Source: Octopus vulgaris
Lineage: Eukaryota
DNA length: 64,000 nucleotides
NCBI GenBank assembly: GCA_951406725.2
Contig: OX597820.1
Coordinates: 97,960,001 to 98,024,000 of the forward strand
Direction: 5' to 3'
Shown here: positions 27,168 through 42,049 of the stretch, piece by piece
How positions within the stretch are numbered: position 1 is the stretch's first letter
Layout of the letters: each line of letters begins with the position of its first letter
Notes under the pieces: model-generated
Database searches by the model: none
What the model saw: only the letters and a program-made list of their open reading frames with translations
Told to the model about the DNA's origin: nothing
Position numbers and translations under genes: made by a program

Positions 27168-27558
27168 GTGCTGTGTGGTAAGTAGCTTGCTAACCAATCA
27201 CATGGTTCCAGGTTCAGTCCCACTGCGTGGCATCTTGGGCAAGTGTCTTCTGCTATAGCCCTGGGCCGACCAATGCCTTGTGAGTGGATTTGGTAGACGG
27301 AAACTGAAAGGAGCCTGTCGTATATATGTATGTATATATATGTATGTGTGTATACGTTTGTATGTCTGTGTTTGTCTCCCTAGCATTGCTTGACAGCCGA
27401 TGCTGGTGTGTTTATGTCCCCGTCACTTAGCGGTTCGGCAAAAGAGACCGATAGAATAAGTACTGGGCTTACAAAGAATAAGTCCCGGGGTCGATATGCT
27501 CGACTAAAGGCGGTGCTCCAGCATGGCCGCAGTCAAATGACTGAAACAAGTAAAAAGA
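27168..27558 (+). mobile_element. SINE family B, near full copy
   Basis: tRNA-like head (tgtgtggtaag...ggttcagtccc) and tail gtcaaatgactgaaacaagtaaaaga. Confidence 0.9.
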
Positions 27559-28401
27559 GTAAAAAAGAGTATGTGTATGTGTATGTTGGGTAAGAGGTAA
27601 AGAAATCATACAAAAAAAGTATGCACTCATATATACGCACAAACATATAGACACAGATATGTACAAAGACACACACACACAAACACACGGTGTAATATAC
27701 AGATGTACAAAGTCACACATAATCAAAGACACCGATGCAGATACACTCAAAACTCAAAACACTCAGGGTTAAATACACATATACACACCCACGCATGCAC
27801 GCGCGCACAATATGCGGTTTTTTTTCACTTTAACAAGGAATACGTATAGAAAAAAAAAGATATATTTTTGTTTACCCTCTCTGTTACACTAATTGCTTTA
27901 CTTTCTCTCTTTCTTTCTCAACCTCTCTTTCTCTCTGTGTGTGTTTCTGTCTATCTTTCTGTCTCTCTCTCCATCTCTCTTTACGTAGTTACTCATATAA
28001 AGGTAGATACCTAAATTTGTTATAAGTAAGTGTTTGTTCACAGACACACACACACGCACACATACACACACATGTGTGCATACATAAGTATATATAAGTG
28101 TATACATACATGCATTCATATGTATGTATGTATAAGTGTACATACACACACACATATATATATACATATATGTGTTTATATATATATATATATACGTATA
28201 CATATGTGTATATATATGCATATATATGCATATATTTATATACACACATATATATATACGTATATATATATGTGTGTATATATACTTGTATATATTTAAC
28301 TATATATATATCTATATATGCAAATACAACATACACATGTATATATCTTTCTGTTCCTTTATGTCTCTCTATTTCTCTTTCTCTCCCCCTTCTCTCTCTC
28401 C

Positions 28402-28450
<49 letters not shown>

Positions 28451-28807
28451 CACACATCTGTGTGTTTGTATACACATGTGCAAATGTTTTTTGTATGTAC
28501 ACACATGTTTCTGTATATATGTGCCTGTGTGTGAATGTGTGTTCATGCGCATGGTGTGTGCATGAGGGTGCATATATTAATGTATGCCTGCATATATGTA
28601 TATGTATATATGTGTGTGTGTGTGCATGTGTATGCCAAGTAAAAAGTGAAAGAAAAATGCGAAACATGCATAAAGAAAATAACAAACATCACCAAAGAAA
28701 TATATATATATATATATGAACGTGAAAAGGAAAAGAAAAAAAACATACATAGAGAGAAACACAAAAACAAAGGGAAAAACCCATAAGCAACAACAACATT
28801 AGCAATA

Positions 28808-28866
<59 letters not shown>

Positions 28867-29011
28867 AATAATAATATAATAATAATAATATTAATAATAA
28901 TAATAATAATAATAATAAATATAATAATAATAATAATAAATAATGATGATGATGATGATAATAATAATGATAATGATAATAATAATAATAATATCAATAA
29001 TTATAATAATA

Positions 29012-29081
<70 letters not shown>

Positions 29082-29480
29082 TGATGATGATGATGATAAA
29101 AACAACTGCAAGAATACGCCAAGACAAAAAGAAAAAAAACATGTCTAAAATACCTCAAAGACACCTAAAAGTCCCTGAAAATAACAAACAAAGAAAAAAG
29201 GTTTAATTCATAAAGAAAGGTGGAAATGAATTTGGTAAGAAAAAGGAAGAATTTCGTTTCCGTTGATCCAGAGAAGATGGTGTCACGGAATGATTCAGGC
29301 TAGGAAATGCCTGGTCAGGAGTATCACAAGTGACCTATCAGTTTGACCTCCACGTTATTCTAACAATGCTCTATTGTTATTAAGACTTATATTATAAATC
29401 GGAATGGTGTGTTGAGCGAAGCTAAGCTGATGAGCTGCCGGTGACTTCCTACGATTTGCACAAACAAAAATACACAGTCC

Positions 29481-29585
<105 letters not shown>

Positions 29586-29610
29586 CTATCTCTCTCTCTC
29601 CCGTATATAT

Positions 29611-29690
<80 letters not shown>

Positions 29691-29708
29691 GTATGTATAT
29701 ATATACGG

Positions 29709-29739
<31 letters not shown>

Positions 29740-29914
29740 AAGGAGAGAGAGAGGGAAAGAGAGAGGGAGAGAGATACCTATAAGAATATGTGTATGAATA
29801 TGTATAATATGTGTATGTGTGTGTATGGGTGTGTGCATGTACGAATGTGTATTGAGCACGTATAAATGTATATATACATACAGATAAAGATTGTATATAA
29901 ACTATGTATATAAA

Positions 29915-29958
<44 letters not shown>

Positions 29959-30168
29959 TATATATGAATCCTTATTTATTAATATATGCGTGTGTGTGTG
30001 TGTGTGTGTGTGGATAGATAGAGATAGATAACGGGTAGTTAATTTATATGCATATACATATATACGTATATATGAACATATATGCATATATAGATTTGTA
30101 TGAAGATATATGTATACACCTCTCTCTGTATATATATATATATATATCTATGTATATATATATATATC

Positions 30169-30222
<54 letters not shown>

Positions 30223-30470
30223 ACATGTCAATACACCAGACATGTACAAAGAAGTTGATATAAACTTTAAACTGTTTTCTTGCCCAGAACACATTTACTA
30301 GAAGTATACACGCGCGCGCACAAATACACACACACACAAACACCGGCGCGTGCACGCACAATTATTCATAATCCTGCACACTTATGCATATGTATATGTA
30401 CACAAACATATGTCTTTTTTCAATGCATAATCGCATTTTTGTACGTATGTGTGAATATATACATATAGAC

Positions 30471-30533
<63 letters not shown>

Positions 30534-30631
30534 TAGATAGATAGATAGATAGATATATACATGTACATATATACTTATAAATATATATACGTACATATAT
30601 ATATATATATATTTATATATATACATATATT

Positions 30632-30666
<35 letters not shown>

Positions 30667-30673
30667 TTATATA

Positions 30674-30708
<35 letters not shown>

Positions 30709-30713
30709 TGATT

Positions 30714-30745
<32 letters not shown>

Positions 30746-31239
30746 TGATACATAAACAATAACGGTGCATTTTACATATGCAGATATACTTCACCTTCCA
30801 TAACTAACCGTTGGCTATCTTAGCAGCAGATTGCCGTTGCTAAACAGCACTAAAACGCGCCAGTCAATTTAGATGACAAGAAGGTGTAAGTTTAGAGTAA
30901 GCGATAGCGACCCCTGCAGATGTCACGAAACAACGAAACATATCTGCTCTCTCTCTAGACACAGCCAGAAGCTACTCATTACATATATCCATTACACTCT
31001 GTTAATTCCATGGCGAAGCTTGTCGTGACGAAACACAGGCTTTATCCTGCAAGTTTGAAGCCGATTCACCTTGAAAGAAATGGACGTGGTCGATTAACAA
31101 AGCACATTATTGAGGCTTAGCGAAACACGGGAGAGTGACGCAGTGTTTCAAAAGTCACAGCTATTTATACATATATGCGTGCATACAAATACAGAGCAGT
31201 AAAAAAAAAACACACGTATATATAAGTGTGTGATATTTC

Positions 31240-31277
<38 letters not shown>

Positions 31278-31351
31278 CGTGTGTGTATATATACAGAGAC
31301 AGATATCTATGTGCGTGCATGTATATATATATATGTATATATCCATACATA

Positions 31352-31388
<37 letters not shown>

Positions 31389-31555
31389 TTATACATGCAT
31401 ATATTAGACACACACACACATATGTACGATATATATATATATATATGCATATACGTACACATGTGTATGTGTGAGTATTTATCTATGGATATTTTATATA
31501 TACGTATACAATATTAATTAATGATGTATACATGTACATATACATACATACAAAC

Positions 31556-31591
<36 letters not shown>

Positions 31592-31598
31592 CAATCTA

Positions 31599-31668
<70 letters not shown>

Positions 31669-31692
31669 CTTTCTCTATGTCTAGTTTAGCCA

Positions 31693-31729
<37 letters not shown>

Positions 31730-31950
31730 TTGCATAACGCTCCATGGCAGGATTAATCAAAAGGGCATGACTCTCGTTGTTTCATCTCTCGTGTATTTGT
31801 TAGTTTCTGTTTGTTTTGTCACATTTCTGTCTGTATTTATTTACTCTTATTTCTTTTATTTACTACATAATTCTTTCACATATTATGCGTCATTTTTTTC
31901 CTGTAGTTATGTAAATATATAATTTAGGAGTTGCACACACAGACACACAC

Positions 31951-31987
<37 letters not shown>

Positions 31988-32029
31988 TATAAATATATAT
32001 ATATGTATATATACATATATGTATATATA

Positions 32030-32069
<40 letters not shown>

Positions 32070-32221
32070 GCCCATATATATATATATATGCATGTATATA
32101 TATATATATACATACACATATATAATGTGGATATACATGTCCATCAATATAATTTGAAAATGTAGGTACACACAAACCCACATGCATATACGTATGTTTT
32201 ATGTATATATATATATATATA

Positions 32222-32265
<44 letters not shown>

Positions 32266-32274
32266 TATGAACAC

Positions 32275-32755
<481 letters not shown>

Positions 32756-32762
32756 TACAAGA

Positions 32763-32836
<74 letters not shown>

Positions 32837-32951
32837 ATGTAAATATATGTGCATATATATATATATATATGTATGTATATTTATGTATATATGCATATAT
32901 ACATGTATAAATATGTGTGTGTGTATGTATATATATATATGTATGTATGTA

Positions 32952-32989
<38 letters not shown>

Positions 32990-33069
32990 TGTATATGTAT
33001 ATATGTATATGTATATATATGTGCATATATATATATGTATATGTATGTATATCTATATATCTATATCTA

Positions 33070-33167
<98 letters not shown>

Positions 33168-33609
33168 GAGAGAGATGTGTGTGTGTGTTTATATATATAT
33201 ATACATGCATGTGTGTGTATATTTACATACATAGATACACTCACGCACATATTTTCAAGTACATTTATGCCTAAGTACATACGCATCTATCTATATCAAT
33301 ATATACGAATGAATACATGAATATTCACAAACACACACACACACACACACACACGCGCGCACCCCCCACACACATATACACGAGGTGGGTGTAAAAAGTT
33401 ACTGGCTATAAAGTTAACCCAAATGGCCTGTTTGGAGGCCCGAGCTTCCGAGTTCCTCACCATGTCTTAGAAAGCCTGAAGGACTACTGCAATAAGTGTG
33501 TCAATCTGAGAGGGGATTATGTTGAATAAAAGCATAATTCACTGATCCTCTTGAATGTTCTGCACTTTCATTCGTATATATATATATATATACACACATA
33601 CATACAGAC

Positions 33610-34728
33610 TGGTTTTGAAGAAAAAATTATCTACATGCATTTTGACTCCATCTAAATCGTAAAATGTTTTTCCTTCCAATGAATTCTGTAGAGACAAAAA
33701 CAAGTGGTAGTCGGATGGAGCACTATAAGGATAATATGCGGGATGGGGTAAAAGATCCCAGCCAAGTTCATGCAACTTTGTTCGGGTAAACAAAGAGATA
33801 TTTTGTTGGGCAATGTCTTGTTGGAACACATCTCCTTTCCTGTTGGCAATTTTCGGCCTCAATTCTTTGACTTTTGGGTTCAAATTAGTCAGCTGTATGA
33901 CAGTACACATCAGAAATAGTGGTCTGGTTTTGTGAGAGAAACTCATAGTAAATAATTCCTTCATGATCCCACCTAACACAAAGCATAGCCTTTTTAGCAT
34001 GGATATTCGTCTTTGGTTGCTGTTTGGGGGGATACTTACGCAAACTCCGGGATCTTTTTCGTACTACATTTTCGTACACAATCCATTTTCCATTTCTAGT
34101 CACAAATTGTTTCTAAAAAGCATGCTTTCCTTCTATTTCAAAAGCATATCACAAACGGAAGACCAGTCCAAGCAATTCTTTTCTGAGATTTTGTGAGGGA
34201 CCCATACATTATAGCGAGAAAAGTATCGTAGCTTCACTAGGTGTTCATGAGCCGCACTTTTAGAAACTTCCAGGTCCTCTGCAAGTTTTCTAATTGTGAT
34301 ATTTGAGTTTTCTTCGATTTTTGCCTTCAGGACATCTTCCAATTTTGAAGGTCTTCCACTGCGACTGTCACCTTCCAAGCTAAACTCTCCAGCTTAAAAT
34401 TTTGCAAAACCACCTTCAAACAGTTGATTCACCTAGAGCATCATCAGCATAAACTTCACAAATATGTTTTGCTAGTCTTTGCAGCACTTTCTCCCTTTTT
34501 AGGAAAAGAAATACATTACAACAATATGAAATTTTTGGTTATCCATTTCAAACGTTGATATAGTGTAACCGGAATAAAAGATAAATCTATTATTAGTCAG
34601 GAACAAAGAAGAGCTGAACTACCACTTCAAGCAACGCCAAAGTTTTAACTGTGTTACGTTTGAGGTGAGTTCAATGAAGCGTTAAAAGGTTTGGCTTAAA
34701 AACGCGCAAAACTTTCCGGACAACATAG
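33610..34728 (-). mobile_element. Decayed mariner element (near full transposase pseudogene, 3'-truncated)
   Basis: SRSGRPSKL, WVPHKISE, KAMLCVRWDHEGIIYYE, FQQDIAQ and LPHPAYYPYSAPSDYHLFLSLQNSL. Terminus ta|ctatgttgtccggaaagtttt on the minus strand. Confidence 0.9.
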
Positions 34729-34950
34729 TATGCGTGTGTATATGCATATATATATATATATGATTGGTTCTCAGTCGGAAGACACCTGTTGTTATATTCT
34801 TGTTGTTTGTATTTGTAATTGTGTACCATATTCTCCGTTTTTTGTCTTTGTTGCTTACACATTCGCTAGTTTTCTTACAAAATATCTAATGCTCTTAGCT
34901 TAGACTTTTTGGGGGGGCAAACAGATCGAACTGTCTCAAGTGTAACTTCC

Positions 34951-34994
<44 letters not shown>

Positions 34995-35000
<6 letters not shown>

Positions 35001-35540
35001 AAACATATGCATATATACATACATATATGTACGTACCTACATCTATATGTATATATACATGCATATATAGGTACAGGACACAAAAAAAGTCGAACACAAT
35101 GAGAAACGAAAACATAAAAACAGAACCATGGAAACGGACATCTTTTTAAACAACGAAAAAACAGGGTACAAGACATACAACACAAGGAAAAATCCCCTTC
35201 TTCAGCCGCCTCCGTTTCGTCTACTCCGCGTTTCGAAGGTAAAGGCGAGATACGACTTCGGTGAAACGGTCCTTCCCGCAAATAATTTGAAGAAGGGGGT
35301 TTTTCCTTGTGTTGTATGTCTTGTACCCTGTTTTTTCGTTGTTTAAAAAGATGTCCGTTTCCATGGTTCTGTTTTTATGTTTTCGTTTCTCATTGCGCTC
35401 GACATTTTTTTGGTGTCCTGTACCTATATATGGATGTATATATACATATAGATGTAGGTACGTACATATATGTACGTATATATGCATATGTTTTATTTAT
35501 TATTTTGTTATTTATGACGAAACGCCACGCATCCTCTTCC
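34995..35540. mobile_element. Fold-back PLE-derived element (same family as 62494-63320) carrying a permuted hammerhead
   Basis: 34995-35203 is the reverse complement of 35288-35500. The sequence is homologous to 63020-63320 and is flanked by (TA)n. Confidence 0.8.
35194..35269 (-). ncRNA. Non-circularly permuted, pseudoknotted hammerhead-like RNA, copy 2
   Basis: RNA: CCGUUUCACC GAAGU CGUA UC UCGCCU UUA CCUUC GAAA CGCG GAGUA GACGAAACGG AGGCGG CUGAAGA A GGGG. Confidence 0.65.
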
Positions 35541-35546
35541 AAGTAA

Positions 35547-35577
<31 letters not shown>

Positions 35578-35989
35578 CATACATATTGTTAGATAGATTG
35601 ATACACAGAAAGAGTAAAACAGATGCACATACGTATATATGGGTGTGTATGTAGAAGCTGCGTATGGGACACGTACATGTCTCTTGAAACCAGTGGATTC
35701 ATGTTACATTTACTCGGTCCCAGATGAGACCACCGCCACCACTACCACCAACACCACCACCGCCAACACCATCACTGACAACAACAAACAAGAACAACAA
35801 CGACAACAATTTTCTACTATGCTAACTGATTATAGTTTTTAGTTTGCCATAATTACTTTCAAAGAACACAAACTACTAAAAATTTTAATCAGATTTAGTA
35901 TGTATTAGAATGGATTAGTGATGGTTGAAGGAGAACAATGTAAGATCCATTACTTTTGACATGCAGCTTGTGATGGGTTCGAATCACAG

Positions 35990-36222
35990 AAAGTTAACTT
36001 GTACAGGAAGAGTGTAAACGAGAAAGCAAACATATTCTGGGATATGCCAATATACACAGACAGAGAAATTAAGGCCAACAAACCAGATATAGTTGTCAGA
36101 GATCATGAAGAAAAAAATGCTTACTAATTGATGTATCAATATCAGCAGATGACAACGTGTCTCTAAAAGAAATGGAGAAACTTTCAAAATACAAAGACCT
36201 GGAAATAGAGGTAACCAGAATG
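35990..36222 (+). pseudogene. R4/Dong-clade non-LTR retrotransposon restriction-like endonuclease fragment
   Basis: NEKANIFWDMPIYTDREIKANKPDIVVRDHEEK / CLLIDVSISADDNVSLKEMEKLSKYKDLEIEVTRM (PD..D..K-type RLE motif, one frameshift). Confidence 0.85.
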
Positions 36223-36717
36223 TAACAGAATCATCTATGAGATCACTTGATCTGTCAGAAACAGCAACCAAACTTGCTACAAAATCAAATGCTATTGTGA
36301 ACAGTGCTTTTCATGATATAAAGAAAACAAAGCAAAAAACCCCAAATCAAATGAAAAGAAGGATCCCGGTCGAAATGACTTTGACTTATGCTCAAAGGAG
36401 AACGATCTGGGATTAAAGAACAACAACAACGTGAGTAGAAAGAGAATTCTAGTGGTTTGAAGTTCTGGAGAACAAGCATTCGATGGAGTAGTTTGTGCGG
36501 AAGTTGGGGATGAATAGATGATAAAAGGGTGAGTCAGCTGTGTTTGTATTACGGTGTTTTGTAATAAGTTAGTTTGGAGGTCGTTTACGTAACGGCGTAT
36601 TGGTAAGAGGGAGAAAGAGTGTGAGAGAAAGAGAGAGAAAGAGAGTGAAAGAGGGAGAGAGGAGACAATACCTCTGTGAACCAGGTGTTGAAGCATGTCG
36701 CTTTTAACTTTTTATTT

Positions 36718-37136
36718 GCCTTTTATCTTGTTTCAGTTATTGGACTGCGGCCATGCTGGGACTCCACATGAAACTAGCAACTAAACTTTAGTCAACCAAA
36801 TCGAATCGCCAGCACTTAGTTTTTTAAGCTTAGTACTTACTCTATCGGTCTGTTTGCCGAACCGCTAGGTATTCAGTATTTAAACAAACCAACACTGGTT
36901 GTCAAGTGGTGATGGGGGACAAACACACACACACACACATACACACACACACATATACACATATGCATATATACATATATACGCATATACGACAGGCTTC
37001 TTTCAGTTTCCATCTACAAAATACTTTCACAAGGCTACAGTAAAAGATATTTGTTCAAGGTGCCACGCAGTGACCCTGAATCTGAAATTGCGTGGTTGGG
37101 ATGTAAACTCTTTACCATACAGCCACGCCAGCGCCT
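36718..37136 (-). mobile_element. SINE family B, diverged copy
   Basis: Homology to 63346-63740. Confidence 0.75.
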
Positions 37137-37521
37137 ATGTTGACACACAAATTATTGTCAATTACTTGAACAGCCTTCATTGTGATGGGCTTTATTTATG
37201 TGAATACGTTAGACTCATGAATTACACGGGGCTTTGCTTGACTATCATCCGGGACCATACATAATAAACACACTAAACAAATGGAATAAAGAAGGAGGAG
37301 GAAACTTCTTTCAGGACGCTTTGAATCTGCTGTCAGCATGAGGTTCAGCAGGTTGAGACTGCACGCGTCCATAGTCAAAGGCATGAAGAGTGGAATAGAA
37401 AATAAGTTGTCATTAAATTTCTATAGATTTGACAACGACATAAAAAAAAGTAATTGAAAGGAGGCCAGGCAGTCCCGCCTTAATGACTATCAATGTTACT
37501 AATAACAGTTTAGTGATAGCT

Positions 37522-37574
<53 letters not shown>

Positions 37575-37774
37575 GGGATGGGTAGTCTCTCAACGTGACA
37601 AGAAAACTGCTGGCTTAGTTGGCCAGTTGACATTTCATTGTATCAAGTTACTTTTATTAGTGACAGAGGCAGTATTACCACAGAAAGGTAATATTTATCC
37701 CCACTTAAACGTGGATGTTCTGTTGGAACAAACTATAATGCAGTAGATATCTTGATAGAAACTATCATATTATT

Positions 37775-38223
37775 TATTTCTTTATTGCCCACAGGGGGCT
37801 AAACATAAAGGGGACAAACAAGGACAGACAGGGGGAAAAAGTCGATTACATCGATTCCAGTGCGTAACTGGTACTTAATTTATCGACTCCGAAAGGATGA
37901 AAAGCAAAGTTGACCTCGGCGGAATATGAACTCAGAACGTAAAGACAGACGAAATACTGCTAAGCATTTCGCCCGGCGTGCTAACGTTTCTTATTTCTTT
38001 ATTGCCCACAAGGGGTTAAACATAGAGGGGACAAACAAGGACAGACAAAGAGATTAAGTCGATTACATCGACCCCAGTGCGTAAGTGGTACTTAATTTAT
38101 CGACCCTAAAAGGATGAAAGGCAAAGTCGACCTCGGCGGAATTTGAACTCAGAACATTTAAAACAGACGAAATACTGCTAAGCATTTCACCTGGCCTGCT
38201 AACGTTTCTGCCAGCTCGCCGCC
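37775..38223 (-). mobile_element. SINE family A, tandem dimer
   Basis: Two head-to-tail reverse-complement family A units. Confidence 0.9.
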
Positions 38224-38732
38224 TTTCATATTGACAATATCATCGTTATCGACATCGTTATCATCTTGATGTTTTAACTATCCCTGCGAGTTTCTATAAC
38301 ACCATCTCCATATGCATTTTCCTGTTCCTAAGGTATGTATAGCGTTGTCTTTAAGACAACGCTGCACGTACCTTACGTAGGTACAATTGTTGGTTTGTGT
38401 TGGAAAACCTTATGTAATAAAATCAATGAAAGCATGAAGTAAACTTACGGCCATTTTTTTTTTTTTACGTAGACTATGTACAACTCTGGTGTCTCTTATT
38501 TCTTTCCTTTCAACTTTTCCTATAATAACGACATCATCTGACACGTTAGGCTTTACATTTCTCAGGGCAAGTTCACCTACACTTGATGCTAGAATTGCTG
38601 GTTGTAGACACAGTAACGCGCCAACTTGTGTTCGATCCACAAAATGGGAGAGGTTGATTAAAACGCCAATCTTGCTTTTTACTATTTTGTAAAATAATTC
38701 CAAATAGATTTGTTGAAGAATTTTAATGGGGG

Positions 38733-38865
38733 TGGGGAGAATTCACACACAAAAAAAAGACAAAGACAGGTGGTGTAGACAACAAACAAATGTATTAGTT
38801 TAATGCTCTGGAAGTGAAAAAGTCTTTAATGTTTCAAGCCTACGCTTTTCTACAGAAAGGGACAC
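38733..38865 (-). mobile_element. Family H1 HHR-bearing element (diverged)
   Basis: Homolog of 19757-19930 with core CTGTAGA. Confidence 0.65.
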
Positions 38866-39746
38866 ATACACACACACACGCGCGCATATATATACTCACA
38901 CGCACACACAAATGTATCCTGCATAATAAATGCATTCAGACATACACCTATACACACATACATGTATATGCACGCGCAGACTCATACATTACACTAATTG
39001 CTTAAGTTTGCTATTGTGTATGTTGAGGAAAGACGCCGGGAACGCCTTCACTGGTCGTCAAACACCGAAACTGTTTGACAGAAAATTTTCCACGCTTTTA
39101 TTCATACACCAATAACATAAAAAAGTTTGTTTGCATTCTTATTTCACTCACAATCAGGTACTGTAATATTTAAATTTATTTCAGTTCTTCTAATTTATAC
39201 TGAGTTGAACATAAAATATTGTTTAACAAACGCTGCACTATTAAAAACATACAATTATAACTAAGGTTATCCAAAAAGCTGAAATTATTTATCGTGTTAT
39301 CAGGCAGTTGAATGTTTTACAGTGTAGAACATTCAACTATTGATCGGGCAAAGAAGCTACACTTTCTCCGAGGAGCAGCAACAAACCGTAAAACAGTCCG
39401 TCAAGTTATACCCTCCTTTCTCCCGTACACCATTAGCGTATAAAGACCGTGGTTACGTCTGATTTCATCCAAAGGAGGGATTTTTAATGTGTGTGTGCTT
39501 GTGCATGTAAGTGTACGCACTACGAATCTATCGCTTGATGGGTGATCGGGCTACCGATAACGAATGTCAAGTGGTTGTTTAACGTATTTGACGGCCGATG
39601 TAACAAATATAAATGTCTTTTGACTGAATAAGCTTAGCAATTACTCTCTTCTCATGTCCTTTGAGAGTCAAAAATAATTTAACAGATACTTAACCACCAA
39701 CAAATAGGCGAATTGGTTACACTAATTAGCCTCTAACGTAGTTTAG

Positions 39747-39798
<52 letters not shown>

Positions 39799-40368
39799 AC
39801 ACCGGAATTCTATATTTATGACACAGAAAATTTGATAATATGATTAGCACCTAACTATAAATTAGACGCTCAACATATTTTACATACAGACACATACACG
39901 CACATACGCTCGCGCACACACACATACACACACAAACATGTAAACATACATATACGTATGCGCATATATAATTGCATAAATATGCATGTATGAATGATTG
40001 AATATGTGTATGTATATATGCATGCATGTATATAATAATAATAATAATAATGATAATAATAATAATAACATTACCATTATAATTATCATCATTTTCATTA
40101 TTGTTATTATTATTGGTATATTATTTTAAAAGGATTGACGTAACTTCACGTATGGTCTATTATTATTATTATTATTATTATTACTTTTTTTTTCTTCTTT
40201 CAAATTTGCTTCCATTTCTTACCGAGTGTCTTCCTGACTCCTAGGGCAAAGAAACTCATAGTATACATTGGTAGGCCATTAAACCAAACTCAATAGTTCG
40301 TTCATTTTTTTAATTTTTTTTTTTTAAAGTTAAATTAAAATACACGAGCAGCAACAGTTCTCAAATCG

Positions 40369-40522
<154 letters not shown>

Positions 40523-40610
40523 CTTTTCCTGGAAACCGGCACCTTTCTCCGTGGAACATTTATATAAATTTAAAACTAGATGAGATATACATACATACAT
40601 ACATACATAC

Positions 40611-41150
40611 ATGGTGGCTGCCCCCTCGTTATCGAGTATAGCCATTGCACGAAGCTTAATCAATGTTGTTATCGTGCAATGCCTGTGCAAGAAGATCTTT
40701 TTTTTTAAAGTGAGGAAAGGCTGTGCACTGAGTCAATCCCACTCACTAAGCAACAGCAGCCATAATCCGAAAAGAAGAACAAGTCAACATCATCGGTAAC
40801 CACTGAGCCGCAGGTTTTATGTCGGAGTTATCCCAGTTAATTGAGTTACCTTCTCCTAGAAGGATGCCCTAACAAAGGCTAAGAGTCCTTCACCCCCGCG
40901 TGATCGGATATTCAGTCCGATTATTTCTATGTCCCCGCGCATGATACAACCTTAAGACATTTATTGGATGGCCGTTGACTCTCAAGAGTTCCTCCGCCCT
41001 TTGACGGGTTTTTCATTCCGCAGGGTGTACAATAAACACCCTCCTCACCAAGCAAGCTTGGTGTGGTTGCCGGTTTAGTCGCCGACGACCCGACCATGCA
41101 ACAGGTTGTACTGGTCTACATGTTACCAGCAGCACTCGAAAGTGACCTGA
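40611..41150 (-). mobile_element. Non-autonomous RTE-like retroelement inserted in (CATA)n
   Basis: Minus strand has ttagggcatccttctaggagaaggtaactc, resembling RTE 5' UTRs. It ends in gggggcagccacc plus (ATGT)n and is flanked by (CATA)n on both sides. Confidence 0.5.
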
Positions 41151-41215
41151 CATACATACATACATACATACATACATACATACATACATACATACATACA
41201 TACATACATACATAC

Positions 41216-41388
41216 GAGGGGATGATGAAAGGTTCCTGGCTTTGAATAAAAGAAAATACAGGAAAATCAGTTATGATTTATTCACCATATTCTTCTCTCA
41301 GATACGCACACTTATTGCAGTGGTCTTTTTTCTAAGCTAAGGACTTCCGCGATACTCTTAAAGTCAGGAACTTTCCAGTAACTCATAC
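41216..41388. mobile_element. Mariner-derived MITE
   Basis: ta|cgaggggatgatgaaaggttcctggcttt ... aaagtcaggaactttccagtaactca|ta, forming imperfect TIRs. A related fragment lies at 33381-33555. Confidence 0.6.
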
Positions 41389-41860
41389 ACACATACATAC
41401 GTACATACATACATACATACATACATACATACATACATACATACATACATACATACATACATACATACCCACAGACACATATAGACACACATTATATCCG
41501 GATTTCTTGGTGTTTGCAACATATATTCACGACAATTCAAAATTTTTCAAATAACTACGTAGTGTTCATGCTTTTAGCTACGTAAAATATGTTTTCTCAT
41601 AAACTAGAATATTAATTATAATTTAAAAAACAACCAGTAAATAATTGATTAATTAAAAGTTTTCGCATAAGTAGACCTTTAACAAATCAAAAGCCAACCG
41701 TTAAGGGTTTAATTTTATACACATGTTTCTTTTTAAAAAACTTGTTGCTCAGACCCCCACCCAGCATACTCCTATTTACGCGTGTGTATGTGTTCTGTGT
41801 GGGTATATATGCATAAACACGTACATACATATCTACGTACATACATACATACGTACGTAC

Positions 41861-41905
<45 letters not shown>

Positions 41906-42049
41906 CATATATATACGTGTCTGTATAGACTTGTGCTTTGTATGCATTAGACATTAATGGATATTTATAACGGAGTGAAATCATGTGTGCATGAGTCTAT
42001 GTATGTATATATCTATGTGTGTGTCTGTGTGTGTGTGTGTATATATATA

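Noticed and set aside
27168-27240. tRNA-like sequences in SINE heads
   Set aside because: They have A/B-box similarity only, no complete cloverleaf, and always continue into SINE bodies.
29410-29440. agc-GAAG...CTGATGA-gct hammerhead-like arrangement
   Set aside because: It has GAAG instead of GAAA, only 5 nt between the core halves, and no stem I or III partner with a UH site.
36250-36480. Possible + strand exon ending at aac|gtgagt
   Set aside because: No clear acceptor, stops in the candidate frames, and no recognisable product.
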